DNA of 62,842 bases, counting the filler, from Sphacelaria rigidula (Eukaryota): assembly GCA_964200075.2 (NCBI GenBank). It is 8 parts of 8 records of this genome, joined end to end, with 100 filler letters (N's around TTAATTAATTAA, not from the genome) between each part and the next. Parts side by side here need not be neighbours in the genome. Positions count along the whole stretch, not along the records: positions 47,211 to 54,976 come from CAXNAA020013517.1; positions 55,077 to 62,842 come from CAXNAA020013518.1; 6 more parts are not named here. The stretch is one strand, 5' to 3'. The position numbers and the translations under genes were made by a program. Below, piece by piece: positions 48,831 to 60,725 of the stretch; positions within the stretch are counted from its first letter, which is position 1, and every line of letters begins with the position of its first letter. A model generated the notes under the pieces. It made no database searches. It was not told where the DNA came from and was given only the letters and a program-made list of their open reading frames with translations.

Positions 48831-51800
48831 CCTGTTAATTTTATGAGGTGTTTGATGTGGCCGTGGCGCACTTCCTCGCAGTGCACCGCTCCATAGCGGG
48901 GCAAGGCAATTGTCACAAGAGACCTTCATGGGTTGAACAGACGACGGGTTCGAGTGTGGCGCTGCATCGCCATGCTTCCATTTTCTCTTCAGATGTCACC
49001 CGATTGTGTGCGGCTCTATCTGAGCCGTCTCTCTCTGAATCTCAGCCCGAAGCCCCAGCAAGAAAGCTCAAAATATTGAGCCGTGGACACGTTCTGGCTC
49101 TGCTGAATACTGGCTACAGTACTAGTTCCCGAACAGTTCCTGTTGGTACCTCGAGCTGAATCGTACTGGCTCATACCAGGCTGGTTGACTACATGTGCGA
49201 GAATCTACATATGAGACCTATTGTGAGCAAGGCGTATCGTTGGGGTAGACAGAGACCTACGACGGAGACTGTCGTTGGAACTGTTGTCCTGATGCCGAAG
49301 GAACTCCGAGGCTAGCGATCATTCCCTCTTGCGGTATATAGGGAAAACGCGGGCCAGACATGAGTGTGATCATAGTGCGGTGATCCGTTACCTCGGGGGA
49401 CGTTGAGTCGCTCTGATATCGGGCTCTTCTTGGCATCACCCTGAGTTGTCTAGTATCGTTCGCCTTACAGGGTCCCGGTAATCGGGTCTTTTCGGATCGT
49501 TCCTACCTTGTACCTGCGTTCGCTGGTTTTTCATACATGTGGCATCAATCTCTGATGTGTCCTTGAAAAACGGTGTCTTCCACCCTATGTCCAATATATT
49601 TTGTGCACAATGGTGACTCGCAAGCGTTCTCCCTCCCTTTGTATTTTTTTTGGCCAGGCAGTAGAGTCCTACTTCGTTGCATCCCCTTGTAAACTCTATT
49701 CTATTCACATCGCTACGGATCCCGAAAACCAGCAATACCAGTACTTTACCCGTTCACTCTTTTCTTCTCTGTGCGCCCTTTCTCGTCGTCTCTCCCTCCA
49801 TCTATTTCCGCAGTATCTCCAGTTTGTTTGGTTCAAGGTCCGAATTGAGATGAAACAAACGTACTGATATATTTAGGGCTCCGTACGTGGTGGGAGTCTG
49901 GTGTCTTTCAGCTATTTTGGTGGCTCACTGACACCAAATAGCGCCTACAGTACGGGCTCGTAGCCTGAAGCCAAGTTCAACGTCCTTGACACAAGTGCGC
50001 CATGTTTGTGCGAGGCGATCTGCATGGTAAACCACCCAGGCGCCCCAGGTCATGCGTGATGCTACCGTAGGGGTGGCGCGTTTTGGTTCTGGGGTCTCTT
50101 TCTCGTAGGGGTACAACTATCTAGGGCTCACGATGCTGCCCTAACCCTTTGGAGCGGACTCCCAGAAACATGGTGTTTGCACTCAGAGACTTTCGAGTCT
50201 TTTTCAATTTGAAATGATGCCGATCCACACAAGAATCCTTCCTACACCCCGCGGAGCCCCGAGAACCCTTCAGCCTAAAACAACGTGCACCCCTACCGTA
50301 GCACCACTCTCGTATCTGCTACGTTACCCCACTGCTGTACTGCAGGAAGGTAATTTTCACCGTGTAAGGTTTCAAAGACAGCTTTCATAACACAGGGTTT
50401 TTCTCGCACATCGGGATGTCTTTGACATCATCACTTCCTTTCAATCCGTGTACGGTTCGTCATGGGTCACTACTCCACTATTGCTCCCGAATAGACGGAA
50501 CACTTGGCCAATGATTCCCCCACATTTTGCATCAGCTTCTATCCTTCAGAATTTCAACAAGTTTACGTACCGCCCGGTGCTCCTTCACGTTGGTAATGGC
50601 GGTCGGTCTTTGGCCAGGCATTTGTCTCATGTGTGCCGTAAGTCTAGACGTGCGTATCATGCATCATTCACCCCTTCCCTTCATGCGACGCCTGTGGACC
50701 TAATGTCGGAAATTTCAGGGGAAGTCTGATCAGGTTTCAACTGCCCAATGGAAACCTGTACAGGTCCCGGGTATCTTACCACAAGACCCAAGCCCCCTGT
50801 GAAATTACCATGTCGGGGAGAACCTACCTTATCTGTACTTGCCACTCCCTCTATTCGGAAGTATAAGATCGGTTCAGACAAGATGCTCAGTAAGTCAGCC
50901 CGTCCGTATAAACTCAGGGCGGGATTCCATTCTCACCTAAACATCCTTTTTTCTTCGAAAAACACAATTTACTTTCCTTCGTGCCGTTTTTTCGCTTTAA
51001 ATGTGCCGACTCTTGGCACCCTGTAATTTCCCTCCCGGTCGCAAGGGAAGATGTTGGTTTCTTGATCAAATTGTCGGTCCACAGTGTAATGCGAGGATCG
51101 CGTGGTTCGAGGACCGGATCCGAATTTGAACATCCCTATGGTGAGGTTTAGGGTTAGTGCTGGGGTGAGAGTCAGGGGCGTGATACCTGCAGAAACTGGC
51201 CCGATTGGTTTTGAAAAACATTGAGCCTGAGGTATTTTTACTTAGGTGCGGTCCTCTAAGCACGTGTTCCTCTCACGCATTACAGCCGATTACATGACAG
51301 TCCAATCCCCTGCTTTATGATTCACCTTGCCAACGAATACCGGCCAACGGTCCCGCACTTGAAAACAAATAATGAGCGCGTAGAAGACTGGGAAAGTGAA
51401 CAGTGCACGCGTGATTTGTATGAACTATTCTGGGTGACACTCCAAATCTCATGTCGTAATCGGCTGGATATATCATAGATTTAACGCACAACAAAATTGT
51501 AGGCATATTGCACCACTGTCTGTGCTATTTCTGATAAAGCAACCCTGGACTTGTATGCAATTCATGCAGCTGTAACCACATGCTCGGGATGCGCCGCTGA
51601 CCGACGCCGCTGTCGCCATATGCCTTAGGTTTGGCAGTGTGATGCTTGTTTCACACGTACTCCAATCCAACAAGACCAGCTGAATTAAAGATCGCTCGTG
51701 TCTCCGCCCATTGGGTTGCGATATCACCCCTCGGTCCTCGTATGTCAAGAGGTTATGCCGCGTTTATGAGGAACACGAGTCGCTATGCAATACTCAGTCA

Positions 51801-53208
51801 GTAGACAAGACAAGAGCCCGACAACGGACTCTGGAGCAATCAACAGAATGCACGAGGCTGTAACTCTTGTTGATGTATTCAAGATATTCTTTTGATCTGA
51901 CGTGTAGGTTTAGTATATATCTTCGTTATTTGCTTGGTCTCAACCTTCTGCTTATCCAATCTCTCACGTTCACTCAATAGTCTCACCGATGCTTAGCTTC
52001 CTTGCAGAGAGCGGGTGGCAAGTAATAGTGCTGAACGATGGGGAGGCGCTCGGGAGTTACAGATGGGCACCCCCTCGCTTCATACCCGTTCATACTCGTA
52101 TCGATCAACTCTGAACAGACCTGCAGTCGTCGAGATACGAGTGATGCTGCGATAGGGTCAGCACTTTTACGGCCTGAGAGTAGAATTGTTAGGAACCCTT
52201 CATCTCATCCAAAACACGACTTTCAAAATAGGTGAGAGTACGCCAGGGTTTTCTTCCTATTTGTCAGGGATATCCCAAATGAATTTGCAAACGGGGATAT
52301 CCTCACCCATATTCTTGTGTAGTTCCTAATTTTAGGAACCCCTGAATCAGGCCGGTTTTGGCCCCAAAAGTGCAGACCCTATCGCAGCATCACTCATACT
52401 CTGAACCAATAACTGTCTAGACTCATTGACGGGTCTGAGCATGATAACAGGCTAATATGCTCGACTAATATGCTCCTTCATGATACTAACCCACCCAGAC
52501 GAACCGTTATTACAGCTGCGAGAATACATCCTCAAAAGCAGCAAAAACTAAGGTTTTTCTTTATTCGTAAAGTCATGAGAGGGTAATGCTAATAAAACAC
52601 GCCTAAGTGAATACTCCCGACCCACTCCCACACCTCAGAGTAAAGGAAGCAAAAACTAAACTGCTTCAAAACGCGGAAGCACAAAACTGCTGCCACGTGC
52701 TAAAAAGAAGCACACAATGCTTTGGCGTCCTAGTAGAACGAGGAAACAATCAGGGGGGGCACCACAGGGAGCAAGCTGTGCCAGCTTCGACCTGGGGGAT
52801 TCCAAAGGAAATAATGGCCACAGCAGTAACAGGCGACCAACGTAAGTTGGTCGGACGCAAGAAAAGCAAATCTGAAGAGTCGGTGATCCAGCAAGATCCG
52901 GCCCCGTCGATAAAGAGGAGATATCAGAGCTCCAGTAGTCGTAGGTGGCGAGCGGCTCCTGTCCGACCATGGTCCGGGGGCAGGTGATCCTGTTGCGGAT
53001 GTCGTAGGGTGGGATCCTAGTGGAAAAAGGGAGGGCAAAAGACTAAAGAAAAGAGGAAAAAGGATGGTGAGGGACGTGATTCACAGCGGTGCACGTCGTG
53101 GGTGTGGTCGATGTTGCGCTGGAGACCGTGGCGAAGTCCTTTTGACTTGAGGCGCTAAAGACACCAAGATCCGCGTGGTGCAGATGGACTGGTGGGGCGT
53201 AGCGCAGG

Positions 53209-54976
53209 CTAGAGCTTAAGCTGTATGGTTCCCGGGTCATCGATTAAGCGCACAATGTATGTGTCAGCAGAGACTAGATCAGCGGAGTGAGTCTGGCCCA
53301 ACCACCAGAGGTTGTCGCTGCTTTTGAACCACAGGTAGGAGCCCTTGCGTAATGTTTTCTGGTTTGCGGAGAAGTTTGCTTTACAAATCGTGGTGGGAGC
53401 CAGTTCGTAGCCATCGGCGACAAAGCGTAGGCCTTGATCGCGGTGCAGTTCGCGGGCTGCTGCGCCACGACGCATGTGGCGATATTTCTTGTTGTGAGCA
53501 AGATGCTGATGTTGGGGTTGCGTCCAGTATAGGAGGATTGCACGGCGGTGCAATTGAAGATCGGATTCGCGCTCCCAAGATGCTCTCCGAAGACCTTGCC
53601 GCTGGGTCTTATACATGACGGCAGTTTTGCCGCCTCGACCATGAGTGATTTGGTGGTCGGATATGGCGGACACCGTCAGGCGGAGGAGCTGTTTCGTAAC
53701 GTTATCAGCGGTGACGTGGCAGGGCGGAGACTTAGTCGAGTAGCTGTTGAGAACGTACTGTGTAAGTCCTGCAGGCAGGTATTTGGGCATGTCACTTGTA
53801 TCATGCGAGTTCGTGCATGGTTTGTACCTGTGCACGGAGACGCGGGGTTTGATGTCTTTGCTCTGAAGGTCGCGAGGCAGATCGAGGTAGAGGAGTTTGT
53901 CGCCAACGGGTTTATCATCCGGTGAGGATGGCGAGGGACCGATTGTCAGAATCTTGAAAGGTCCTGTCCAATTGAGGGACAATTTTGCCTTCAAAATTCT
54001 GTCGTCGGCTGCCGTGCTTGTACCCTGGCGGATGGTCGATTAACTGTTGTAGACCCAAACCCAATCACCAACTATCCAGTTGGGGCATTTGTGCATTATG
54101 TTGTAGAGAGCAGTGTTAGATCGCTCCAGGCGCGAGGCGTTGATAGCGTGCTGATCGCGCACGAGGGTAAACGCTTTTCGTTGTCGTGAATGCGCTAGCT
54201 CAGGATAGGATATCTGATCCTGATCCAAGCTATGGTGGCCATCGGACGTGTGTCTTCCAAACACGGTGATGGGTAGCCGGGGGTAACGTCCAAGATGGAG
54301 TTCGTTTGGAGAAAGACCTGTGGCGGCATTAACCGACTTGTTGTAGGACAACATAATGTGCGAGAGATGTAGGTTCCAGTCATTTTGGCGGTCGTTAACG
54401 ACCATAGAGAGCATTTGGGCCATGGTGTGATTAACTTGTTCGGTACCACCGTTGCCGTTAGGGTGGTAGGCACTCGTGGCAATTTTGCGGATGCCCAGTA
54501 GCTTGTAAAGCTCCGCAGAAAGATCCGAGCAAAATTGCTGACCATTGTTTGAAAGAAGTCGTTTCGGGCAACCGTAGTGCTTGATGTAGTCGTGGACCAA
54601 TATGTCGGCCGTTCTGGCGGCGGTGAAATCTTCAGCGGTTACCGCGTACATGGACGCTTGGCGGCTGAAGCGGTCAGTGAAGAGTAAGATGTAGCTGTTG
54701 CCGCGACCTGTGGGCGGTAGAGGGCCGAAGTAGTCAAACGACACACAGTGGCCGGGCGCGTTGGGGAGTCCCATAGAGATGACTGGCCAGCGGACGGTCT
54801 GCCGTGAAGTCTTTCGAGCTTGGCAGTTGAAGCATCGCCGAATCCAAAAGCGGGTGGAAACTTCCATGCCAACCCACCAGTAAGAGCGTTCTACAGTAGT
54901 CAGCGTCAGAAGAATGCAGAATCCGTAATTTCTTTCTCAAAGATTGTCCAAATTTGTTTTGCTTGCCACCGCTCAT
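53209..54976 (-). mobile_element. Ty3/Gypsy (chromovirus-type) pol 3' part: integrase, GPY/F and chromodomain-like region
   Basis: YWW.GM...CFNCQ zinc-binding end, catalytic core FDYFGPLP / DRFSR / LSNNGQQF / GGTEQVN, then NWTGPFKI and ISDHQ...YKTQRQG...SWERESDL. ORFs 54040-54867 and 53209-53994 are in one frame, separated by a single TAA. Confidence 0.93.
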
Positions 54977-55539
54977 NNNNNNNNNNNNNNNNNNNNNNNN
55001 NNNNNNNNNNNNNNNNNNNNTTAATTAATTAANNNNNNNNNNNNNNNNNNNNNNNNNNNNNNNNNNNNNNNNNNNNTCGAGCAACAAATGGCCCAAAATA
55101 CCCCCCCCCCTATCGTAGGATGACTCCACTATTGAGGTTTTGTATCGATGTATTGCAGATAGGGATAAACTTCGACACTTTTCCTTTTTTGTGGTGAAAT
55201 GACTGAGAAAATACGGAAACAGCCACTACTGAGAAGCATCTATATACGACTCAGAGGATGAAAAGTCGAAGAAACAACGACCAAACACGTGACAGATGCC
55301 TCAGTGACTTATGCGTAGGATTGGCATCGGGCTAGTGCATCTTCGTCGCAGAAGCAGCGCTGCTCTAGGCCATAGGAGTACTGGGGGCTTCCACAAGCCC
55401 GTCGCACATTTCTATCGTGGTCAGCGCACGGTTTTGAACCTACCCAACGCACCTTCCGCTATGCTCGTGATCCACCACGCATATTGCAGGTTTTCATCAG
55501 TTCTTGACTGGTTTCAGGATCTTGGAAAATATATGCAGC

Positions 55540-57295
55540 GGGGGGAGATGGCGTCGGGGGCGGCGCCAGATTTCCCAGCGTTTTGATCAGAGCCATGAAG
55601 TCGATGGATGTCATCACCGCTCTCTTCTCCGCTATTTCGCCACAGGCTCCTAACCCTCTTTGCGCTCTTGCCATTCGCAAACCATGGCGAGATTCCCGCC
55701 ATCCGAGCTCTCTCCACTTTCTAGCCCTGGACAACTGTCTCTACCTCCTCCACCGCCGCTGCCGCTGCGCCCGCCACGTTCACCACCCCCGCCCATACTC
55801 CACCCCTCCCGCCGCTGCCGCTGCCGCTGCGGCCGCTGATGCCACTGCCACTGCCGCTGCCATCGTCCTCGCTAGTGGTGTCAATAACTTCTGGAATCTC
55901 TACAGCGGGCGGCGACGGCGTCTGTGGCGGCGCCAGCTTTCCCGCGAGCTTTTTGATCACGCCCCCTTTATCCCCGCCCACAACCCCACCCCTCCCGTCG
56001 CTGCCGCTGCCGCCGCTGCCGCTGCCGCCCCCGTCTCCGATCCCCCTGTCGCTGCCACTGCTGCTGCCATCGTCCTCGCCAGTGTTGTCAATAACTCTTA
56101 TAAATATCGACAGCCGGCGGCGACAGCGTCGGGGCGGGGTCCGCTTTCCCGCCAGCGTTTTCATCACGCCTCCTCTATCCCCGCCCACAACCCCAATCCT
56201 CCCGCCGCTGCCGCTGCCGCCCCCGTCTCCGATTCCCCCGCCGCTACCACTGCTGCTGCCGTCGTCCTCGCCAGTGGTGTCAATAACTCGTGGAATACCT
56301 GTAGCGGGCGGCGACAGCGTCGGGGACGGCCCCAGCTTTGCCGCCAGCGTTTCAATCACGGCCATGAAGTCGATTGATGCCGTCGCCGCCGGCTCCTAAC
56401 CCTATTTGCGCTATTGCTGGAGCCCCCCCGCAACCGTGGAGCGACCCCCGCCATCTAAGCTCTCTCCGCTTTCTAGCGCTGGAAATCCGCCCCTACCTCC
56501 CCCACAGCCGCTGCCGCTGTGTCCGCCCCTGCACCGCCGCCGCCCACAACCCCCCTTGTCCCGCCGCTTCCGCCGCCGCCCCCGCCGCCTCCCCCTTCTG
56601 CCATCGCCGTCACCGCTGTTGTTGCCATTGTGTTCACTCTCTCCACGGTCGCCGGCTAGAAATACGCTTGTCCCGCCACTGCCGCCGCTGCCGCCGGCGC
56701 CGGCTCTGCCACCGCCGTCGTGCCCCCCTCCCCCCCCCGGCTCCCCTCTCCCTGGCTCCCACGACCATGTCCTTTTCGGGCACCCTCGAACGGTCGCACA
56801 CATGACACTTCGTAGGGTGGAGCAAAGACCAGTTGGGCGCTGGATACCCTGCGCAAAACCACAGGTTACTGCCGCCGCCGATACCATCAGCCCCCCCCCC
56901 CCCCTCCCGACCTCCGCGATCGCCGCGACCGCCGCTGCCGCCCCCTCGACCGTTGCCACGAACAAACCCCGTCGTCCCGCCGTTCACGTCCCCACCCCCG
57001 TCCCCGCCCCCCCACAGGCATGCCCTGCTTCGGGCGCCCGGGGGCTGTGGCACACATGGTACTTCGTAGGGTCGAGCGACGCTCAGGTCACCACATTTAA
57101 TCTTGAGCACAACCACTTGCCCCCGCCGCCGCCTATCCGCCGCCGCCTATCCGCCGCCGCCTATCCATACGTTTCCGCCTCCGCTCCCTTTTCCGTCGCC
57201 ATACCTACCGCGGCCGCCGCTGCCACCACCTCCACCAGGACCTCCATCCGATCGACCCGCGCTCCCTCCCCCCACCGCACCCCACCCCCCCTCTC
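55540..57295. repeat. GC-rich low-complexity region with three about 190-bp tandem units (55800-56370) and GCC/C-rich tracts
   Basis: The unit GTCCTCGCYAGTG(G/T)TGTCAATAACT recurs at about 55865, 56072 and 56264. A further block (55590-55770) resembles 56355-56545. Confidence 0.85.
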
Positions 57296-57579
57296 TGTGT
57301 GCACGAAGCGGGTTGTCCGGTATGGTGTTTGACTCCATCTTTCGATGCAACCATACTGCGTGGAATGTCTCGAACAAACGGTGTTCACGCTTCAGGACAA
57401 CCGGCCCCAAAAGCGACGAGTAGGATTTCTGTAAGAACAAGCAGGGTCGCCTCGTGCGGAGCGTACTGTGGGCGGATGATGCTGTCGCCCGCGTATCGAG
57501 TCTCGAGTGAACATGAACGCGGGTAGAAGTTATTCCGTCCACTTCCTGGGCGCCATGCTCGACCACTTGACACAGAATG

Positions 57580-57832
57580 GACTGCTACCGAGATAGCCCC
57601 CCCCCCGAATCGGCCAAAAAGGTGCACGCCGACGATGATCACAAATGCCGATAGAGCTGGTTTCGTGCTGCACGGTGCGACTCATTTGGAGGTTATAGCT
57701 GATTTCGGACTGCTACACGCCTCTCATGTGGGCGAAATTGCTGCAAACGGGCCCAATAATAGTGGGATTGCAGCCGGTTTGTTGGACGGTCTCCGGTGCA
57801 CTTTTTGTGGGGGGGCTATCTCGGCATTAGTC
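57580..57832. mobile_element. Sola-like MITE, 4-bp TSD
   Basis: GACTGCTACCGAGATAGCCCCCC...GGGGGGCTATCTCGGCATTAGTC. TSD AATG/AATG. Confidence 0.8.
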
Positions 57833-59279
57833 AATGGAATAGTCGTGATCACTACGTTGATTTCCCGCCAGAACGGCACCATTTCCCGCCAGTACGCCAT
57901 TAAGTTTATTTCACTCCACACCAGTGCTGCTACCCATGTCCAACATGTTTCGGGTGTAGACCGGGAATTTCGCTGTGGTACGCTGCGGTCTGGACTGAGA
58001 CAGTCAAGCTACATCGGACTATGTCCGTCTGCTCTCGGTACTGCATCGCCCACAGTGCATTTGCAGCAGCAGGAGGTGCGCTGCGTAACCTCAGTACTGG
58101 ACAGCGTACCCAAGTAGACAGAAGGCTGTAACTATCACCTGAGGTCTTGTCCCCCAGATCGACTGACTGCAGCAACTCAACAATTGCCAGCAGCAGCAGA
58201 GGCGCCGCGCAGTGTCTTTGGGTGTGCATCTCTGCGTTCGTGTGTGTGACTGAGTGTGCGTGAAACCATGTCGGTCAGCTTTGAACAGTCATTCCTATAA
58301 AATAAGGTTGGTCAGAAAAATGACGTTCAAGCTCAAAACAGCGCTTTCCCCGCACTCAGAGTGACGGTGCCCGACGTTTGTTTTGCCGGTCAAATGCCCC
58401 TCGATCGCGTAGACACGTTTTCACCGCGTTTCACCGACTCCATGCGCTTACAGCGCTGACTGAAACGCTCATTTCACCCTGATTACCCCGCCCCCTAAAA
58501 AGAACGCAAAACAAAAACAAAACAGAACAAAGCAAAAAACAAAAATCAGGGTAAAGTGGGAGTTTCGGTCTGCGCTGTAAGCTCGTAAGCTCGTTTGTGT
58601 GGTACGACCACGAGAAGCGGCGCACTTAGCTCGAGACTGTCACGAGGGACGCTGAAAAGGCCGTTGAAAACGTGGCGTCCATCATAAATTTCCGAAAGAA
58701 ATTTATAACATAATAACACCATATGTTTCCGACGAAGTTCTGTATATCGACCGAATGGTAAACACGGCTCGTAGACGATGAACAGAGGGGTTTTGGAGAG
58801 GTACCAGATTTACAGAAGTAAAAAAGACACGGATATGTAATGTTAGTGGGGTATTTTCATGCAAAAGTTGGAAAAGTAACTCAACTGGATGATGGTATTG
58901 AGCTGTACGCGACGAAGAAGAATGCAAATGGAGTAAAGACGTTGAAGTTCCTTAAGAATAACGAGATAAAGACGCTGAACAATAGAGTACAAAAGTCAGA
59001 TCCTCCACAATGGATATGGAGTAGACTGCAAGGAAAAGATAAAAAGCTCCTTTCTTGACTGCGTAGTAATGGAACATAGAAATAGTGTGGAAATGGACGC
59101 ACATGTGTTTGTGCAGTGCAGGGAACGTGGGGACTACGGATCATGGCCTAACATGGACAGACAAGGGCTAGAAAAATTGGCGGGGAGAATATGTAAACGA
59201 GAAATATACGAGAACCAGCAAAAGTTAAGAAGGGATGATCAAATTGCAGGGAAATTTTCTGAGCTGTTGGCAACTGTAG

Positions 59280-60192
59280 GACTGGTGCCGCGATAGCTCC
59301 CCCCCCCAGAAACGTGGCTAGTTTGAGGAGGCATAATCTACATGTAAACAAGAGATCACAATAGTCGTGGAAATTCCCAGGCTTGTGATAATGTTCGCCA
59401 CTGTCTCCCGTATGAGGCGGTTCTATGACGATGTGATGAGACAATAATAGGAAGTTCTGAGTTCTGGTCATTCCCCCACGATTTCGACAAGATATGACTG
59501 GCGGGTAGGAGAAATAGATTCTGTGTGAATGTGTGATGGAACACATGTGTGCACAGCCATTCAGCTGCCTCACAACTGTGCTGCATTTTGAAAATAAGGA
59601 TGTTGTTGAGCGATGCGGTTCTGTAGATACTCATTGATATCGGTGAAAAACTGACCAACAGCAGTGGCGGGAGGGGTGGATCCTCGGAGTAACTTGAGGG
59701 ATCAGTTAGGCGGCAGTTGAGAAGTTTTCGTATGGAAGACCTTCTCGGGTTCACTCTGCTTCAACCCCTGGCATTGGGAACCATCTCTACAGTACAGTAG
59801 AGTCTAATTCAAACATACCTTCTGGGTTTGATGTTCTGCTGCACGCTCAGCTATCCTGTGCTTCGGGTGAACGGGTCCTCAAGAACAATGCTATCCGTGA
59901 GTCAGAGGAGATCGGTTCTTCAGTGTGCTTTATTTTGATTTGGCTCTACATAAGTTCGTGATAATCTATTTTGGTGATGTCAGTATATAGCATCCCAGCA
60001 TACACAACCTGCTTGCGTTCAGTCAAGGCATGATCCTAGGTTAGATATTACTCCACTGCCCCTGAGCCAGCTGGGGTGACAGCCGTTCTACATCGCACTT
60101 CATACGGTCTGAAACCAGCTATCATACGTGGTATGGCCATATTCTTTGTGATAGTTTGGGGGCTGGTCTGGGGGGCTATCACGGCATCACTC
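59280..60192. mobile_element. Sola-like non-autonomous element (913 bp), 4-bp TSD, inserted in the LINE
   Basis: GACTGGTGCCGCGATAGCTCCCC...GGGGGGCTATCACGGCATCACTC. TSD GTAG/GTAG. Confidence 0.8.
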
Positions 60193-60476
60193 GTAGGAAC
60201 AACTAGTAATAATGCTGAAATAGAAAGGGATGGAGCTGGAGTGAAGATTATACGAGGATGGGAGTAATTGGTCGACACCACAGCGAGTAAAGTCATGGAG
60301 AAAAGCTCATCGTATATTGCAGAGCAGTAAACTGGTGGGACGATAAAGTAAGAAGAGACTCACGCAAGATGTATATCGAGTGAAACTGCGGTAGGGTGGG
60401 AGGAGAGTACGCTTAAGCTAGAAAGGAGGTGAGAAATGTAGTAGAGAAGAGTAATAAGGGGAGATATGAATATGGA

Positions 60477-60725
60477 GGCACTTTCTGCGATGGCCCCCCA
60501 TCAAAAACATGGCTGGTTCGGGGAGACAAGATCTACACGTGAGTCGAGATAAAAAAAGCCGAGCACAGCGAGTAGCTGGGAATTCCCACGCTTGGGTTCG
60601 TTTTCGCCAATGTCACCCATATGAGGCGCTTCATGCAGCCTGAAACCAAACATTAGGCGCTGTATGACCATTTTCGTCGTGACAATTTTCGGCTGGCTTT
60701 TGGGGGGGCTATCGTAGAAAGACTC
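60477..60725. mobile_element. Sola-like MITE, 4-bp TSD, inserted in the LINE (also 39169-39243, truncated by gap)
   Basis: GGCACTTTCTGCGATGGCCCCCC...GGGGGGGCTATCGTAGAAAGACTC. TSD TGGA/TGGA. Confidence 0.8.

Noticed and set aside
49870-52620. Defined Gypsy LTR or complete hAT element
   Set aside because: Repeat similarity to 23608-23680 and 25765-25886 is visible, but I could not fix paired termini or a TSD.
55583-57332. Long Pro/Ala-rich plus-strand ORFs (264 and 308 aa) as genes
   Set aside because: Frames are open on both strands because GC-rich low-complexity DNA lacks stops; no recognisable domain.
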